Below are positions 16,097 through 23,999 of a stretch of DNA of 24,000 bases, piece after piece. This stretch comes from Curtobacterium sp. Leaf261 (GTDB taxonomy: Bacteria; Actinomycetota; Actinomycetes; Actinomycetales; Microbacteriaceae): positions 456,841-480,840 of the forward strand of contig NZ_LMMJ01000009.1 of NCBI RefSeq assembly GCF_001422205.1, written 5' to 3'. The notes below the pieces were generated by a model, which ran no database searches, was not told the origin of the DNA, and saw only the letters and a program-made list of their open reading frames with translations. The position numbers and the translations under genes are program-made. How positions within the stretch are numbered: position 1 is the stretch's first letter; the number at the start of each line of letters is the position of its first letter.

Positions 16097-16279
16097 GCTG
16101 CGATCCTCGCAGAACGCACGTCGTCGGAGCATCGACCGGGGTCGACCTGTGGACGATTCCGCGGGCCGCGTCCAGGAGCCCCCGTACCCTCGCCTGCCTG
16201 TGGAGAACTCCCTCCGGCCACGATCCGCGCTGGTACCGTCGGGCAGACGGGGGTACTCCCCCGTCGAAGGAGGCCCATC

Positions 16280-17671
16280 GTGTCGAGCGACACCACATCG
16301 CGCACCATCGTCGTCGGCATCACCGGCGGCATCGCGGCGTACAAGGCCGTCGGTGTCATCCGCGCGTTCGTCGGCCTCGGGCACGACGTCCACGTGATCC
16401 CGACCGAGGGTGCGCTCCGCTTCATCGGGCTCCCGACGCTCGAGGCGATCAGCCGCAACCCGGTCTCCACGAGTGTGTTCGAGGAGGTCGCCGAGGTCCG
16501 GCACGTCGCGCTCGGCCGCCGCGCGGACCTCGTGGTGATCGCGCCCGCCACCGCGGACTCGATGGCACGGATGGCGAACGGACTCGCGAGCGACCTGCTC
16601 GGCACGACGCTCCTCGCCACGACCGCCCCCGTCGTCATCGCGCCGGCGATGCACCCGCAGATGTGGGAGCACCCCGCGACGCGGGCGAACGTCGCGACGC
16701 TGGTGTCACGCGGCGTCCACCTCGTCGGGCCCGAGACCGGGCCGCTGACCGGCGGGGACTCCGGCATCGGCCGCATGTCCGAACCCGACGACATCGTCGC
16801 CGCCGCACTCGACGTCCTCGGCTCCGGCACACCGCACACCGGCCCGGAGGCACGGCACGCGTCCGCCCCGCCGGCCGCGTCCGCGGGTGCCCGGGTGGGC
16901 GACCCGGATCGTTCCGTGCCCGCCGGACGCGGAACGGGCCTCCCGTCCGACAGGCCGGCGCCGGACGCGCGCCGCGGCGACCTCTCCGGGACCCGGATCG
17001 TGATCAGCGCCGGCGGGACGCGTGAGCCGTTCGACCCGGTGCGCTACGTCGGGAACCGGTCGAGTGGCCGACAGGGCGTCGCGATCGCGGCCGAGGCCTC
17101 CGCTCGCGGTGCGATGGTCACCCTCGTCAGCGCGAACGTCGAGCGCGGTGTCCTCGCGGCCGTCGAGACCCGACCCGGACAGCCGTCGTCCGTCGACGTG
17201 GTGCCGGTCGGCTCCGCCGAGGAACTCGCGACGACGATGCGGGGGCTCGCCGCCGATGCCGACGTCGTGGTGATGACGGCCGCGGTCGCCGACTACCGCC
17301 CCGTCGACGTCCTCGACACCAAGCTCAAGAAGGAGTCGGCGGGTGACACCATCACCATGACCCTCGTGCGGAACCCCGACGTGCTCGCCGAGCTGGTGGC
17401 CGCCCGTCGCCCTGGGCAGCTCATCGTGGGGTTCGCCGCCGAGACCGAGCCCGACCGACTCGCCCGCCTCGAGCTCGGTCGCGCGAAGATCGCCAGGAAG
17501 CCCGCCGACATGCTCGTCGTCAACCACGTCGGGTGGTCGAAGGGCTTCGAGCGCGACGAGAACGCGATCGAGGTCCTCGTGCCGGGCGGAGACCTCGTGC
17601 GTGAGGCCTCCGGTTCCAAGGCCGAGGTCGCGCACGTCGTCCTCGACCTCGTCGCCACCGCACTCGCGTAG
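16280..17671 (+). CDS. coaBC: bifunctional phosphopantothenoylcysteine decarboxylase / phosphopantothenate-cysteine ligase
   Basis: 463 aa. GTG at 16280 lies 6 nt after gaaggagg. GITGGIAAYK, APAMHPQMW, SAGGTREPFDPVRYVGNRSSG and AAVADYRP motifs. It sits inside the artefactual 1239-aa ORF 13952..17671. Confidence 0.95.
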   Translation: MSSDTTSRTIVVGITGGIAAYKAVGVIRAFVGLGHDVHVIPTEGALRFIGLPTLEAISRNPVSTSVFEEVAEVRHVALGRRADLVVIAPATADSMARMANGLASDLLGTTLLATTAPVVIAPAMHPQMWEHPATRANVATLVSRGVHLVGPETGPLTGGDSGIGRMSEPDDIVAAALDVLGSGTPHTGPEARHASAPPAASAGARVGDPDRSVPAGRGTGLPSDRPAPDARRGDLSGTRIVISAGGTREPFDPVRYVGNRSSGRQGVAIAAEASARGAMVTLVSANVERGVLAAVETRPGQPSSVDVVPVGSAEELATTMRGLAADADVVVMTAAVADYRPVDVLDTKLKKESAGDTITMTLVRNPDVLAELVAARRPGQLIVGFAAETEPDRLARLELGRAKIARKPADMLVVNHVGWSKGFERDENAIEVLVPGGDLVREASGSKAEVAHVVLDLVATALA

Positions 17672-17732
17672 CCGGCGGCCCGGGTCCGGCGTGGTCGGCC
17701 CGTCCCACGGCGTGACGGAGCACGATGGGGCG

Positions 17733-18128
17733 ATGGGACGAACAGCACGCGCGCGACGCGCCACCACCACCGCCGGACGACTCGCACTGCTCCTCGGTGC
17801 CTCCGGGGTGATGCACCTGGTCCGGCCGCGGACGTTCGACCGGATCGTGCCCGCGGCGCTCCCGGCGCGCGCCACCACCTACGCGTCGGGCGCGGCCGAG
17901 ATCGCCATCGCGGTCGGGCTCGCCGTCCCCAGGACGCGCCGGATCGCCGGACTCGCCGCGGCCGCGCTGTTCGTCGCCGTGTTCCCCGCCAACCTCACGA
18001 TGGCGCGCGACCTGCTCGACGACCCGTCGTCCCCTCGACCCATGCGCGTGATCGCCCTGCTCCGCCTGCCGCTCCAGCTCCCGCTCGTCGGATGGGCCCT
18101 CGGCGTCGGTCGGCACGCGCGCCCGTGA
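17733..18128 (+). CDS. small DoxX-like membrane protein
   Basis: 131 aa with 3-4 hydrophobic helices. The MHLVRPRTFDRIVP...SGAAEIAIAVGL...VAVFPANLTMA pattern recalls DoxX-like proteins. Family assignment is from memory only. Confidence 0.55.
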   Translation: MGRTARARRATTTAGRLALLLGASGVMHLVRPRTFDRIVPAALPARATTYASGAAEIAIAVGLAVPRTRRIAGLAAAALFVAVFPANLTMARDLLDDPSSPRPMRVIALLRLPLQLPLVGWALGVGRHARP

Positions 18129-18583
18129 TCCCCGCTCGGAGCACCCCGCCCCCGCGTGACGGCGGGTTCGACCTCGAGCGGTTCGTCGAAGCGCAGGCGG
18201 ACGGCGTGCACGACCGGGCCGTGGCCGAACTCCGGGGCGGCCGGAAGCGGTCGCACTGGATGTGGTTCGTGTTCCCGCAGGTCGCGGGGCTCGGTTCGTC
18301 CGAGATGGCCGCTCGGTACGCGATCCGGTCGCGGGCGGAGGCGGAGGCGTACCTCGCGCATCCCGTGCTCGGGCCGCGTCTGCTCGGAGCGACGGACACC
18401 GTCCTCGGCGCGCCGTCGCCGGACGTCGTCACCCTGCTCGGCCCCGTCGACGCGCTGAAGCTCCGCTCCTGCATGACGCTGTTCGCGGCGACCGCGCCCG
18501 ACCCGGCATCGTTCCGCGCCGTGCTCGCGCGCTGGTTCGACGGCGGAGCGGACTCCGCGACCCTGGCCCTGCTCGAGGGCTGA
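18125..18583 (+). CDS. DUF1810-family protein
   Basis: FDLERFVEAQ...ELRGGRKRSHWMWFVFPQVAGLGSSEMAARYAI is the characteristic DUF1810 N-terminal signature. GTG at 18125 overlaps the upstream stop (GTGA). The ATG at 18092 would overlap the previous gene by 37 nt. Confidence 0.8.
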   Translation: MIPARSTPPPRDGGFDLERFVEAQADGVHDRAVAELRGGRKRSHWMWFVFPQVAGLGSSEMAARYAIRSRAEAEAYLAHPVLGPRLLGATDTVLGAPSPDVVTLLGPVDALKLRSCMTLFAATAPDPASFRAVLARWFDGGADSATLALLEG

Positions 18584-18693
18584 ACGCGCCGGACCGCCGC
18601 TCCCCCCTCGGCGCGCCTGGTGGGGTGCTGGCCAGATGGAGGGTATATCAGGTATCGTCATCGACACTGCAGTACCCGAAACGAAGGATCGAC

Positions 18694-19344
18694 ATGCCTG
18701 TCCCCCGTAGCGAGCCCACCGAGCACCAGCTCCTCCGCGACACCGTTCGCGACAAGATCCACGCCGCGATCATGGACGGCACGCTGGAGCCCGGGGAGCG
18801 ACTCAACGACGACGAGCTCATCGCGTGGCTCGGTGTCTCACGGACGCCGATCCGCGAGGCTCTGAGCCAGCTGGCACGCGCGGGCCTCATCGAGATGGCG
18901 CCGAACCGGTACACCCGGGTGACGACGCCGGACGCCGGCGAGGTCGTCGAGGCGCTCCAGACCCTCGGCGTCATGTTCGGTGGCGTCGTCCGCCTCGCCG
19001 TGCCGCTCCTCTCCGACGCATCCCGGAAGCGCATCATCAGCGCGCTCGACACGACGATCACCGAGATGGAGGCGCACGACGTCAAGAGCGTCAACACCGA
19101 TGCGCTCGCCGTGTTCGCACTGTACGTCGAGGAGTGCGGCAACCCGTCGCTCCAGCGCGTCTGCAGGGACACCATGGACGGCCTCGCGTTCCGGCTCCGG
19201 CTGCCGCAGTTCGACACGCTCGTCGACTGGGACGGGATCCTCGCGGACTTCCGTCGTCTCCGCGCCGCGACCATCGCCAAGGACGCGATCGCGGCCGAAC
19301 TCGCGACCGAGTCCCTCCACCTGCTGCCCGGCGAGAAGGGCTGA
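18694..19344 (+). CDS. GntR-family (FadR/FCD-type) transcriptional regulator
   Basis: 216 aa. wHTH (GERLNDDELIAWLGVSRTPIREALSQLARAGLIEMAPNRYTRV) followed by an all-helical C domain. gaagga RBS lies 5 nt upstream of the ATG at 18694. Confidence 0.85.
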   Translation: MPVPRSEPTEHQLLRDTVRDKIHAAIMDGTLEPGERLNDDELIAWLGVSRTPIREALSQLARAGLIEMAPNRYTRVTTPDAGEVVEALQTLGVMFGGVVRLAVPLLSDASRKRIISALDTTITEMEAHDVKSVNTDALAVFALYVEECGNPSLQRVCRDTMDGLAFRLRLPQFDTLVDWDGILADFRRLRAATIAKDAIAAELATESLHLLPGEKG

Positions 19345-19432
19345 GGGCTCCGGCCCGACGGGGTCAGGCGGGGCCGACCACGCGGGGGCGGTAGCATCGC
19401 GACGACGCACACGCCGGACCCGACGGAGCACC

Positions 19433-19921
19433 ATGACTGACGACACCGCGGACGGACGACCGCGCAGGTCGGCCACCGAGACGGAGACTGACCGCGCCGC
19501 GACGGCCGCACGCCTGGCCGTCGCGGTCGGGCGCATCAACCGCCGTGTCCGGACCGGTACTGCTTCCCTCAGCGCCGGCCTGCTCTCGGCGCTCGCGACG
19601 GTCGTGCAGCTCGGGCCGCTGCGGCCGAGCGACATCGCCAGGGTCGAGGTCGTCACCAAGCCCACGATGACGAGGGTCCTCGTGGACCTCGAGTCCCGCG
19701 GGTTGGTCGAACGCGCGGACGACCCGACCGATGGACGCGCCTTCGTCGTGAGTGCGACCCCCGCCGGCGTCATCGCCGTCCGAGATGCCCGGGCGGAGCG
19801 GGCCGAGCTCCTCGCGGCGCTGCTGGCGGACCTCGACCCCGAGGACGTCGTCGCGATCGAGGCGGCCCTCGACGCCCTCGAGCGCGTGGCACGGATCGAG
19901 CGGACCAGCACCACGTCCTGA
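19433..19921 (+). CDS. MarR-family transcriptional regulator
   Basis: 162 aa. LGPLRPSDIARVEVVTKPTMTRVLVDLESRGLVERADDPTDGRAFVVSATPAG is the MarR wHTH plus wing. acggag lies upstream of the ATG. Confidence 0.85.
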   Translation: MTDDTADGRPRRSATETETDRAATAARLAVAVGRINRRVRTGTASLSAGLLSALATVVQLGPLRPSDIARVEVVTKPTMTRVLVDLESRGLVERADDPTDGRAFVVSATPAGVIAVRDARAERAELLAALLADLDPEDVVAIEAALDALERVARIERTSTTS

Positions 19922-20285
19922 GGTGGACTGACGGTTCTGCCAGACCATGCACACGGACTGTCCAGCCAGTGATGCAATCGTGTCCGCTTCGCCCTGCGCC
20001 GGGCGGAGTGAGCACCTCCCGGATGACGATCGACCGGCTCGAGCCCGCGACACACCGATGTCGGCTCGATCATCGACGTCGTCGTCCGATCGTGACCACT
20101 CCCTGGCGCTGGAGGCGGACCAGCGGGCCCCACATCACCGCTCGGCACTCCCCCGACACCCGGACACGTCCACGTCCATGTCCCGAGGCGACCGTCACGC
20201 TTGCCGTGCGACCGCGCTCAGGACCGGACCGGTGGCACCACCGTGCCGCCACGACCCCGACCGTCGGGCCGAACCACGGAACGCA

Positions 20286-21155
20286 GTGACCAGAAACGAC
20301 GAGTCCACCCACCCGACCACGACCAACTGCTCGACGGCCTCCCCGGCGACCGGACGCACCCGCCGCGAGATCCGCCGCCGAGAGCGCGCGACCCGACGCA
20401 TCGTGATCGCCTCGGGTGCACTCGCCGTGACGCTCGTCGCCGGCGGTGTCCTGGCGGTGACGACGCAGCCGGACATCGGTGCGGCGATCGGTCTGCCGAC
20501 CGCGTCACCGACCCCGGTGATGAGCCAGACCGATCTCGCCCACGCGCAGGCGGCGGCGACGATCTCCACGGCGAAGACCGTGCTGTCGACCGCGAACCCG
20601 GCCACCGACACCACTGCGCTCGAGCACGACATCGCGTCGCTGTCCGCCTACCGGTCGCTCGGGAACGCGTCGCTCCAGGAGCAGATCGAGGACACCGTCG
20701 ACACCACCACGGCCGTCCAGCAGCAGAGCGCGACGGACACGAAGGCCCAGGCCGACGCGGCCGCTGCTGCGGCCGCCGCCGCGCAGGCCGCCGCCGACGC
20801 AGCGGCGGCAGCCGAGGCCGCCGCGGAGGCCCAGGCAGCGGCGAACACCCCCGCCGGCGCGAAGGCCACCGCGTCCACCATGGCGTCGTCGGACTACGGC
20901 TGGGACGCGTCGCAGTTCTCCTGCCTGAACTCCCTCTGGACCAAGGAGTCCGGCTGGAACTACCGGGCATCGAACGGCAGCTCCGGGGCCTACGGCATCC
21001 CGCAGTCGCTGCCGGGGTCGAAGATGTCGACGATCGCCGCCGACTGGCAGACCAACGCGACGACCCAGGTCGCCTGGGGCCTCGCGTACATCAAGGACGC
21101 CTACGGCACTCCGTGCTCGGCGTGGGCGCACTCGCAGGCGTACGACAACTACTGA
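20286..21155 (+). CDS. membrane-anchored cell-wall hydrolase with a C-terminal lysozyme-like (SLT / transglycosylase-like) domain
   Basis: Basic N-terminal tail, one TM helix (IVIASGALAVTLVAGGVLAV), an Ala/Gln-rich helical linker, then LWTKESGWNYRASNGSSGAYGIPQSLPGSKM...AWGLAYIKDAYGTPCSAWAHS. I chose the GTG at 20286 because codons upstream often end in A/T and codons downstream rarely do. Confidence 0.7.
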   Translation: MTRNDESTHPTTTNCSTASPATGRTRREIRRRERATRRIVIASGALAVTLVAGGVLAVTTQPDIGAAIGLPTASPTPVMSQTDLAHAQAAATISTAKTVLSTANPATDTTALEHDIASLSAYRSLGNASLQEQIEDTVDTTTAVQQQSATDTKAQADAAAAAAAAAQAAADAAAAAEAAAEAQAAANTPAGAKATASTMASSDYGWDASQFSCLNSLWTKESGWNYRASNGSSGAYGIPQSLPGSKMSTIAADWQTNATTQVAWGLAYIKDAYGTPCSAWAHSQAYDNY

Positions 21156-21231
21156 TCCCCGACGGGAGTTCGCCCGCGCCGACGACCGCACGAGGCTGGC
21201 GCCCGGCCGCGCGGCCTGCCACGATCGGAGT

Positions 21232-21867
21232 ATGCCCTCCGTCACCGCCGTCTGCCGCGTCGACCACCTGCTGCCGGACAGCGGCACGATCGGCGTCACG
21301 GCGATCGACAAACGGCCGGTCGACGGCCCGGTGCGCGTCCGTCCACTCGGGCTGCACGCCGACGTGCAGGCGGACCGCAAGCACCACGGCGGTTCGGACC
21401 AGGCGGTCTACGCCTACGCCGACGAGGACGCAGCGTACTTCGCCGACGCACTGGAACGCCCGGTGGACCCCGGCCTCTTCGGCGAGAACCTCCGCGTCAG
21501 CGGCGTGGACGTCACCCGCGCGGTGATCGGCGAGCGGTGGCTCGTCGGCGAGACACTCGTCCTGCAGGTCACCCTGCCCCGGATCCCGTGCGGGACGTTC
21601 GCGCGCCGGATGCGGATCCCCGGCTGGGTGCGCCGGTTCGCCGAGGAGGGCCGGCCCGGCGCCTACCTCCGTGTCGTCAAGTCCGGCCCGGTCGCCGCCG
21701 GGGACGCGGTCGTCGTCACGGACCGACCGGCACACGGCATCACGATCGGCGACACCTTCGCCGGCCTCTCCCCGGAGCAGGCACGGGCGCTCCTCGAGTC
21801 GCCGTCGACCCTGCCGGCGAAGCTCCGGACCGAGGCCGAGCGCGCGAGCACCCGCGTCGAGGTCTGA
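21232..21867 (+). CDS. MOSC-domain protein (YiiM-like)
   Basis: 211 aa. HGGSDQAVYAY, GENLRVSG, the conserved Cys in LPRIPCGTF, and GAYLRVVKSGPVAAGD. Confidence 0.85.
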   Translation: MPSVTAVCRVDHLLPDSGTIGVTAIDKRPVDGPVRVRPLGLHADVQADRKHHGGSDQAVYAYADEDAAYFADALERPVDPGLFGENLRVSGVDVTRAVIGERWLVGETLVLQVTLPRIPCGTFARRMRIPGWVRRFAEEGRPGAYLRVVKSGPVAAGDAVVVTDRPAHGITIGDTFAGLSPEQARALLESPSTLPAKLRTEAERASTRVEV

Positions 21868-21874
21868 CCGCGCG

Positions 21875-22258
21875 TCAGTCCTCGGCGGTGCCGCGGGTGG
21901 GGTCGAGCGGGCGTCGATCGCGCGGGAGCGTGCCGACGACGACGTCGTAGGAGTTCCCCACGAGGTCCTCGACGAGCGTCTCGTCGACGTCGGGCCCCGC
22001 GACGATCGTGATCCAGTGGCGCTTGTTCATGTGGTACCCCGGCGAGATGCTCGGGTGCTCGCGAACGAGTGCTGCCGCGTGCGGGGGCGCGGCCTTCACG
22101 GTGACCATCGGTCGGACACCCCGGGTCCCGACGAGCAGGAAGACCTTCCCGACGACCTTGCCGACCTCGGTGCCCTCGCCGAACGGCTGGCTCCGCGTCG
22201 CCGCCGGCAGGGCCTCGGCGACCCGCAGTGCGATCCGTTGCAGCGCGTCTCCGTCCAC
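21875..22258 (-). CDS. MmcQ/YjbR-family protein
   Basis: 127 aa. KVFLLV...VTVKA...PGYHMNKRHWITI is the family signature. Confidence 0.85.
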   Translation of the reverse strand: MDGDALQRIALRVAEALPAATRSQPFGEGTEVGKVVGKVFLLVGTRGVRPMVTVKAAPPHAAALVREHPSISPGYHMNKRHWITIVAGPDVDETLVEDLVGNSYDVVVGTLPRDRRPLDPTRGTAED

Positions 22259-22280
22259 GCCGCAAGCATGCCACGCCGGC

Positions 22281-22904
22281 TCACCGCGGCCGCGCGACCC
22301 CCGGTTGACCGGTCACCACCGAGAACGGCGGGACGTCGTGCGTGACGACCGTGTTCGCTCCGACGACGCTGTCCGCGCCGACGACGATGGCTCCGATCAC
22401 GGAGGACCCCGCTCCGAGGACGACACGGTCCCCGACGTGCGGGTGCCGGCGCCCGCGGATGCCGCCCTTCCCGCCGAGCGTCACACCGTGGTACATCAGG
22501 ACATCGTCGCCGATCACGGCCGTCTCGCCGATCACCACACCCATCCCGTGGTCGATGAAGAACCGTCGACCGATGCGCGCGCCGGGGTGGATCTCGACGC
22601 CCGTCGCGGACCGGACGACCTGCGCGAGCACACGTGCCGCGAACCGGGAGCCCGGCAGTCCCCGCGCGATCCAGAGCCGGTGCGCGACGCGGTGCCCCCA
22701 GATGGCGTGCAGCCCCGAGTAGACGACGGCCACCTCGAACTCGCTCCGTGCCGCGGGGTCGCCCCGTCGCGCCGCACGGAGGTCCTCCCGCACACGACCG
22801 ACGACGCCACACCCCCGCTCCCCCGACGCCAGGCCGGACGACGCCGGGCCGGACGACTCCGGACCGGACGACTCCGGACCGGATGGCGCGGAGCCGCGAC
22901 TCAC
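22281..22904 (-). CDS. cysE: serine O-acetyltransferase (start ambiguous: 22904 or 22793)
   Basis: REDL...[31 protein letters not shown] followed by hexapeptide repeats ([33 protein letters not shown]). GTG at 22904 overlaps the cysK stop (GTGA) but adds an SGPES-repeat extension. GTG at 22793 gives the canonical MREDL N-terminus. Confidence 0.85.
   Translation of the reverse strand: MSRGSAPSGPESSGPESSGPASSGLASGERGCGVVGRVREDLRAARRGDPAARSEFEVAVVYSGLHAIWGHRVAHRLWIARGLPGSRFAARVLAQVVRSATGVEIHPGARIGRRFFIDHGMGVVIGETAVIGDDVLMYHGVTLGGKGGIRGRRHPHVGDRVVLGAGSSVIGAIVVGADSVVGANTVVTHDVPPFSVVTGQPGVARPR
22823..22882 (-). repeat. 15-bp tandem repeat x4 at the cysK-cysE junction
   Basis: Plus-strand units are ccgacgccaggccgg, acgacgccgggccgg, acgactccggaccgg and acgactccggaccgg. 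In the cysE frame they read [20 protein letters not shown]. Confidence 0.85.
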
Positions 22905-23839
22905 TCCGCGAGGTCCTTGAACAGCATCGTCGAGAGGTACCGCTCGCCCGTGTCGCAGACGATCGCCACGACGCGCTTGCCGACGTTCTCCGGCCTGGCG
23001 GCGATCTCGAGGGCGGCGTGCATGATCGCGCCGGACGAGATCCCGGAGAGGATCCCCTCCTCGGTCGCGAGTGCGCGGGCCACACGCAGGGCGTCGTCCA
23101 GCTCGACGTCGAAGACCTCGTCGATGACGGTGCGGTCGAGGACCTCCGGGACGAAGTTCGCGCCGATGCCCTGGATCTTGTGCGGACCGGCGGTGCCCTT
23201 GGTCAACAGCGGCGAGTCCGCGGGCTCGACGGCGACGATCTGCACGCCGGGCACCCGCTCCTTGAGGACCTGCCCGACGCCGGTGATCGTGCCGCCGGTC
23301 CCGACACCCGCGACGAACACGTCGATCTTGCCGTCGGTGTCGCGGAGGATCTCCTGCGCGGTCGTCCGCCGGTGGATCTCCGCGTTCGCCGCGGTCTCGA
23401 ACTGGTGCGCGAGGACCGCCCCCGGGGTGGTCTCGACGATCTCGGCGGCCCGCGACACCGCACCCTGCATGCCCTCGGAGCCCGGGGTGAGGACGATCTC
23501 CGCGCCGTACGCGCGCATGACGACCCGACGCTCGACGCTCATCGTCTCGGGCATCGTGATGACGACGCGGTACCCGCGGGCCGCGCCGACCAGGGCGAGC
23601 GCGATCCCGGTGTTGCCGCTCGACCCCTCGACGATCGTGCCGCCGGGCTGCAGCGCGCCGGACGCCTCGGCCGCGTCGACGATCGCGACGCCCAGACGGT
23701 CCTTGACGCTCGCGCCGGGGTTGTAGAACTCGAGCTTCGCGACGACCTCCGCGCCACCGGACTTCGGGAGCCGGTTCAGCCGGACGAGCGGGGTGTCGCC
23801 GAAGGCCTGGGTGATGTCGTCGTGGATCGTGCCGGTCAT
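22901..23839 (-). CDS. cysK: cysteine synthase A (O-acetylserine sulfhydrylase)
   Basis: 312 aa from an internal ATG of ORF 22901..23923. PGASVKDR (PLP lysine), [20 protein letters not shown] and GISSGA motifs. Confidence 0.95.
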   Translation of the reverse strand: MTGTIHDDITQAFGDTPLVRLNRLPKSGGAEVVAKLEFYNPGASVKDRLGVAIVDAAEASGALQPGGTIVEGSSGNTGIALALVGAARGYRVVITMPETMSVERRVVMRAYGAEIVLTPGSEGMQGAVSRAAEIVETTPGAVLAHQFETAANAEIHRRTTAQEILRDTDGKIDVFVAGVGTGGTITGVGQVLKERVPGVQIVAVEPADSPLLTKGTAGPHKIQGIGANFVPEVLDRTVIDEVFDVELDDALRVARALATEEGILSGISSGAIMHAALEIAARPENVGKRVVAIVCDTGERYLSTMLFKDLAE

Positions 23840-23895
23840 GGTCGTCCCGTTCTCGATGGGTGCCCGGACGCATCCGAGCGGGTCGGTCGGTGCTG

Positions 23896-23901
23896 ATTCT
23901 A
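23896..23901 (-). promoter_or_regulatory. candidate -10 hexamer (TAGAAT) for cysK
   Basis: The minus strand reads gatgcaTAGAATcagc in the only AT-rich patch upstream of cysK, about 57 nt before the ATG. This is sequence resemblance only. Confidence 0.3.
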
Positions 23902-23956
23902 TGCATCCGGACGTATGAGACACCGGCTCGGCGAGCAGGAGGACCGGCTCCGCCGT

Positions 23957-23999
23957 CCGGGAGGCGCGGTGCGCGTCCGTCCCGCACCGCGCCTCCCGG
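23957..23999. terminator. perfect 17-bp stem / 9-nt loop hairpin upstream of cysK, at the window edge
   Basis: ccgggaggcgcggtgcg / cgtccgtcc / cgcaccgcgcctcccgg. It probably terminates the neighbouring gene beyond the window. The left arm shares a 21-nt core with the 55-bp repeat. Confidence 0.45.

Noticed and set aside
16643-16666. PAMH instead of the textbook PxMNxxMW motif in the CoaC domain (possible inactive decarboxylase)
   Set aside because: From memory, M. tuberculosis CoaBC also reads APAMHTEMW, so His at this position appears to be the normal actinobacterial variant and not a defect.
13952-17671. 1239-aa ORF on the + strand, the longest in the track
   Set aside because: Only its last 463 codons (from the GTG at 16280, which has a strong RBS) are CoaBC. 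The upstream 776 codons are Arg/Pro/Gly-rich and run antisense through three well-supported minus-strand genes (LLM, G/Q/Y protein, NRDE). This is a typical stop-free artefact of very GC-rich DNA.
19922-20285. c-di-AMP (ydaO) riboswitch upstream of the wall-hydrolase gene
   Set aside because: I looked for the conserved ydaO signatures I remember (GGGGUGAAUC-like and CAGCUAACCUCGUA-like blocks). I found only vague resemblances (agcgggcccca; cccgacacccggaca). That is not enough to call it, and a covariance-model search is needed.
19947-20285. Longer 402-aa form of the transglycosylase-like protein starting at the ATG at 19947
   Set aside because: Codons in this stretch often end in A/T, unlike the rest of the gene. 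The extension has no signal or domain logic, since the basic tail and TM helix begin just after 20286.
21868-21874. Missing terminator between the convergent MOSC and yjbR genes (7-nt gap)
   Set aside because: Noted, but not informative on its own. Tightly abutting convergent genes without a hairpin are common in GC-rich actinobacteria, and no structure can fit in 7 nt.
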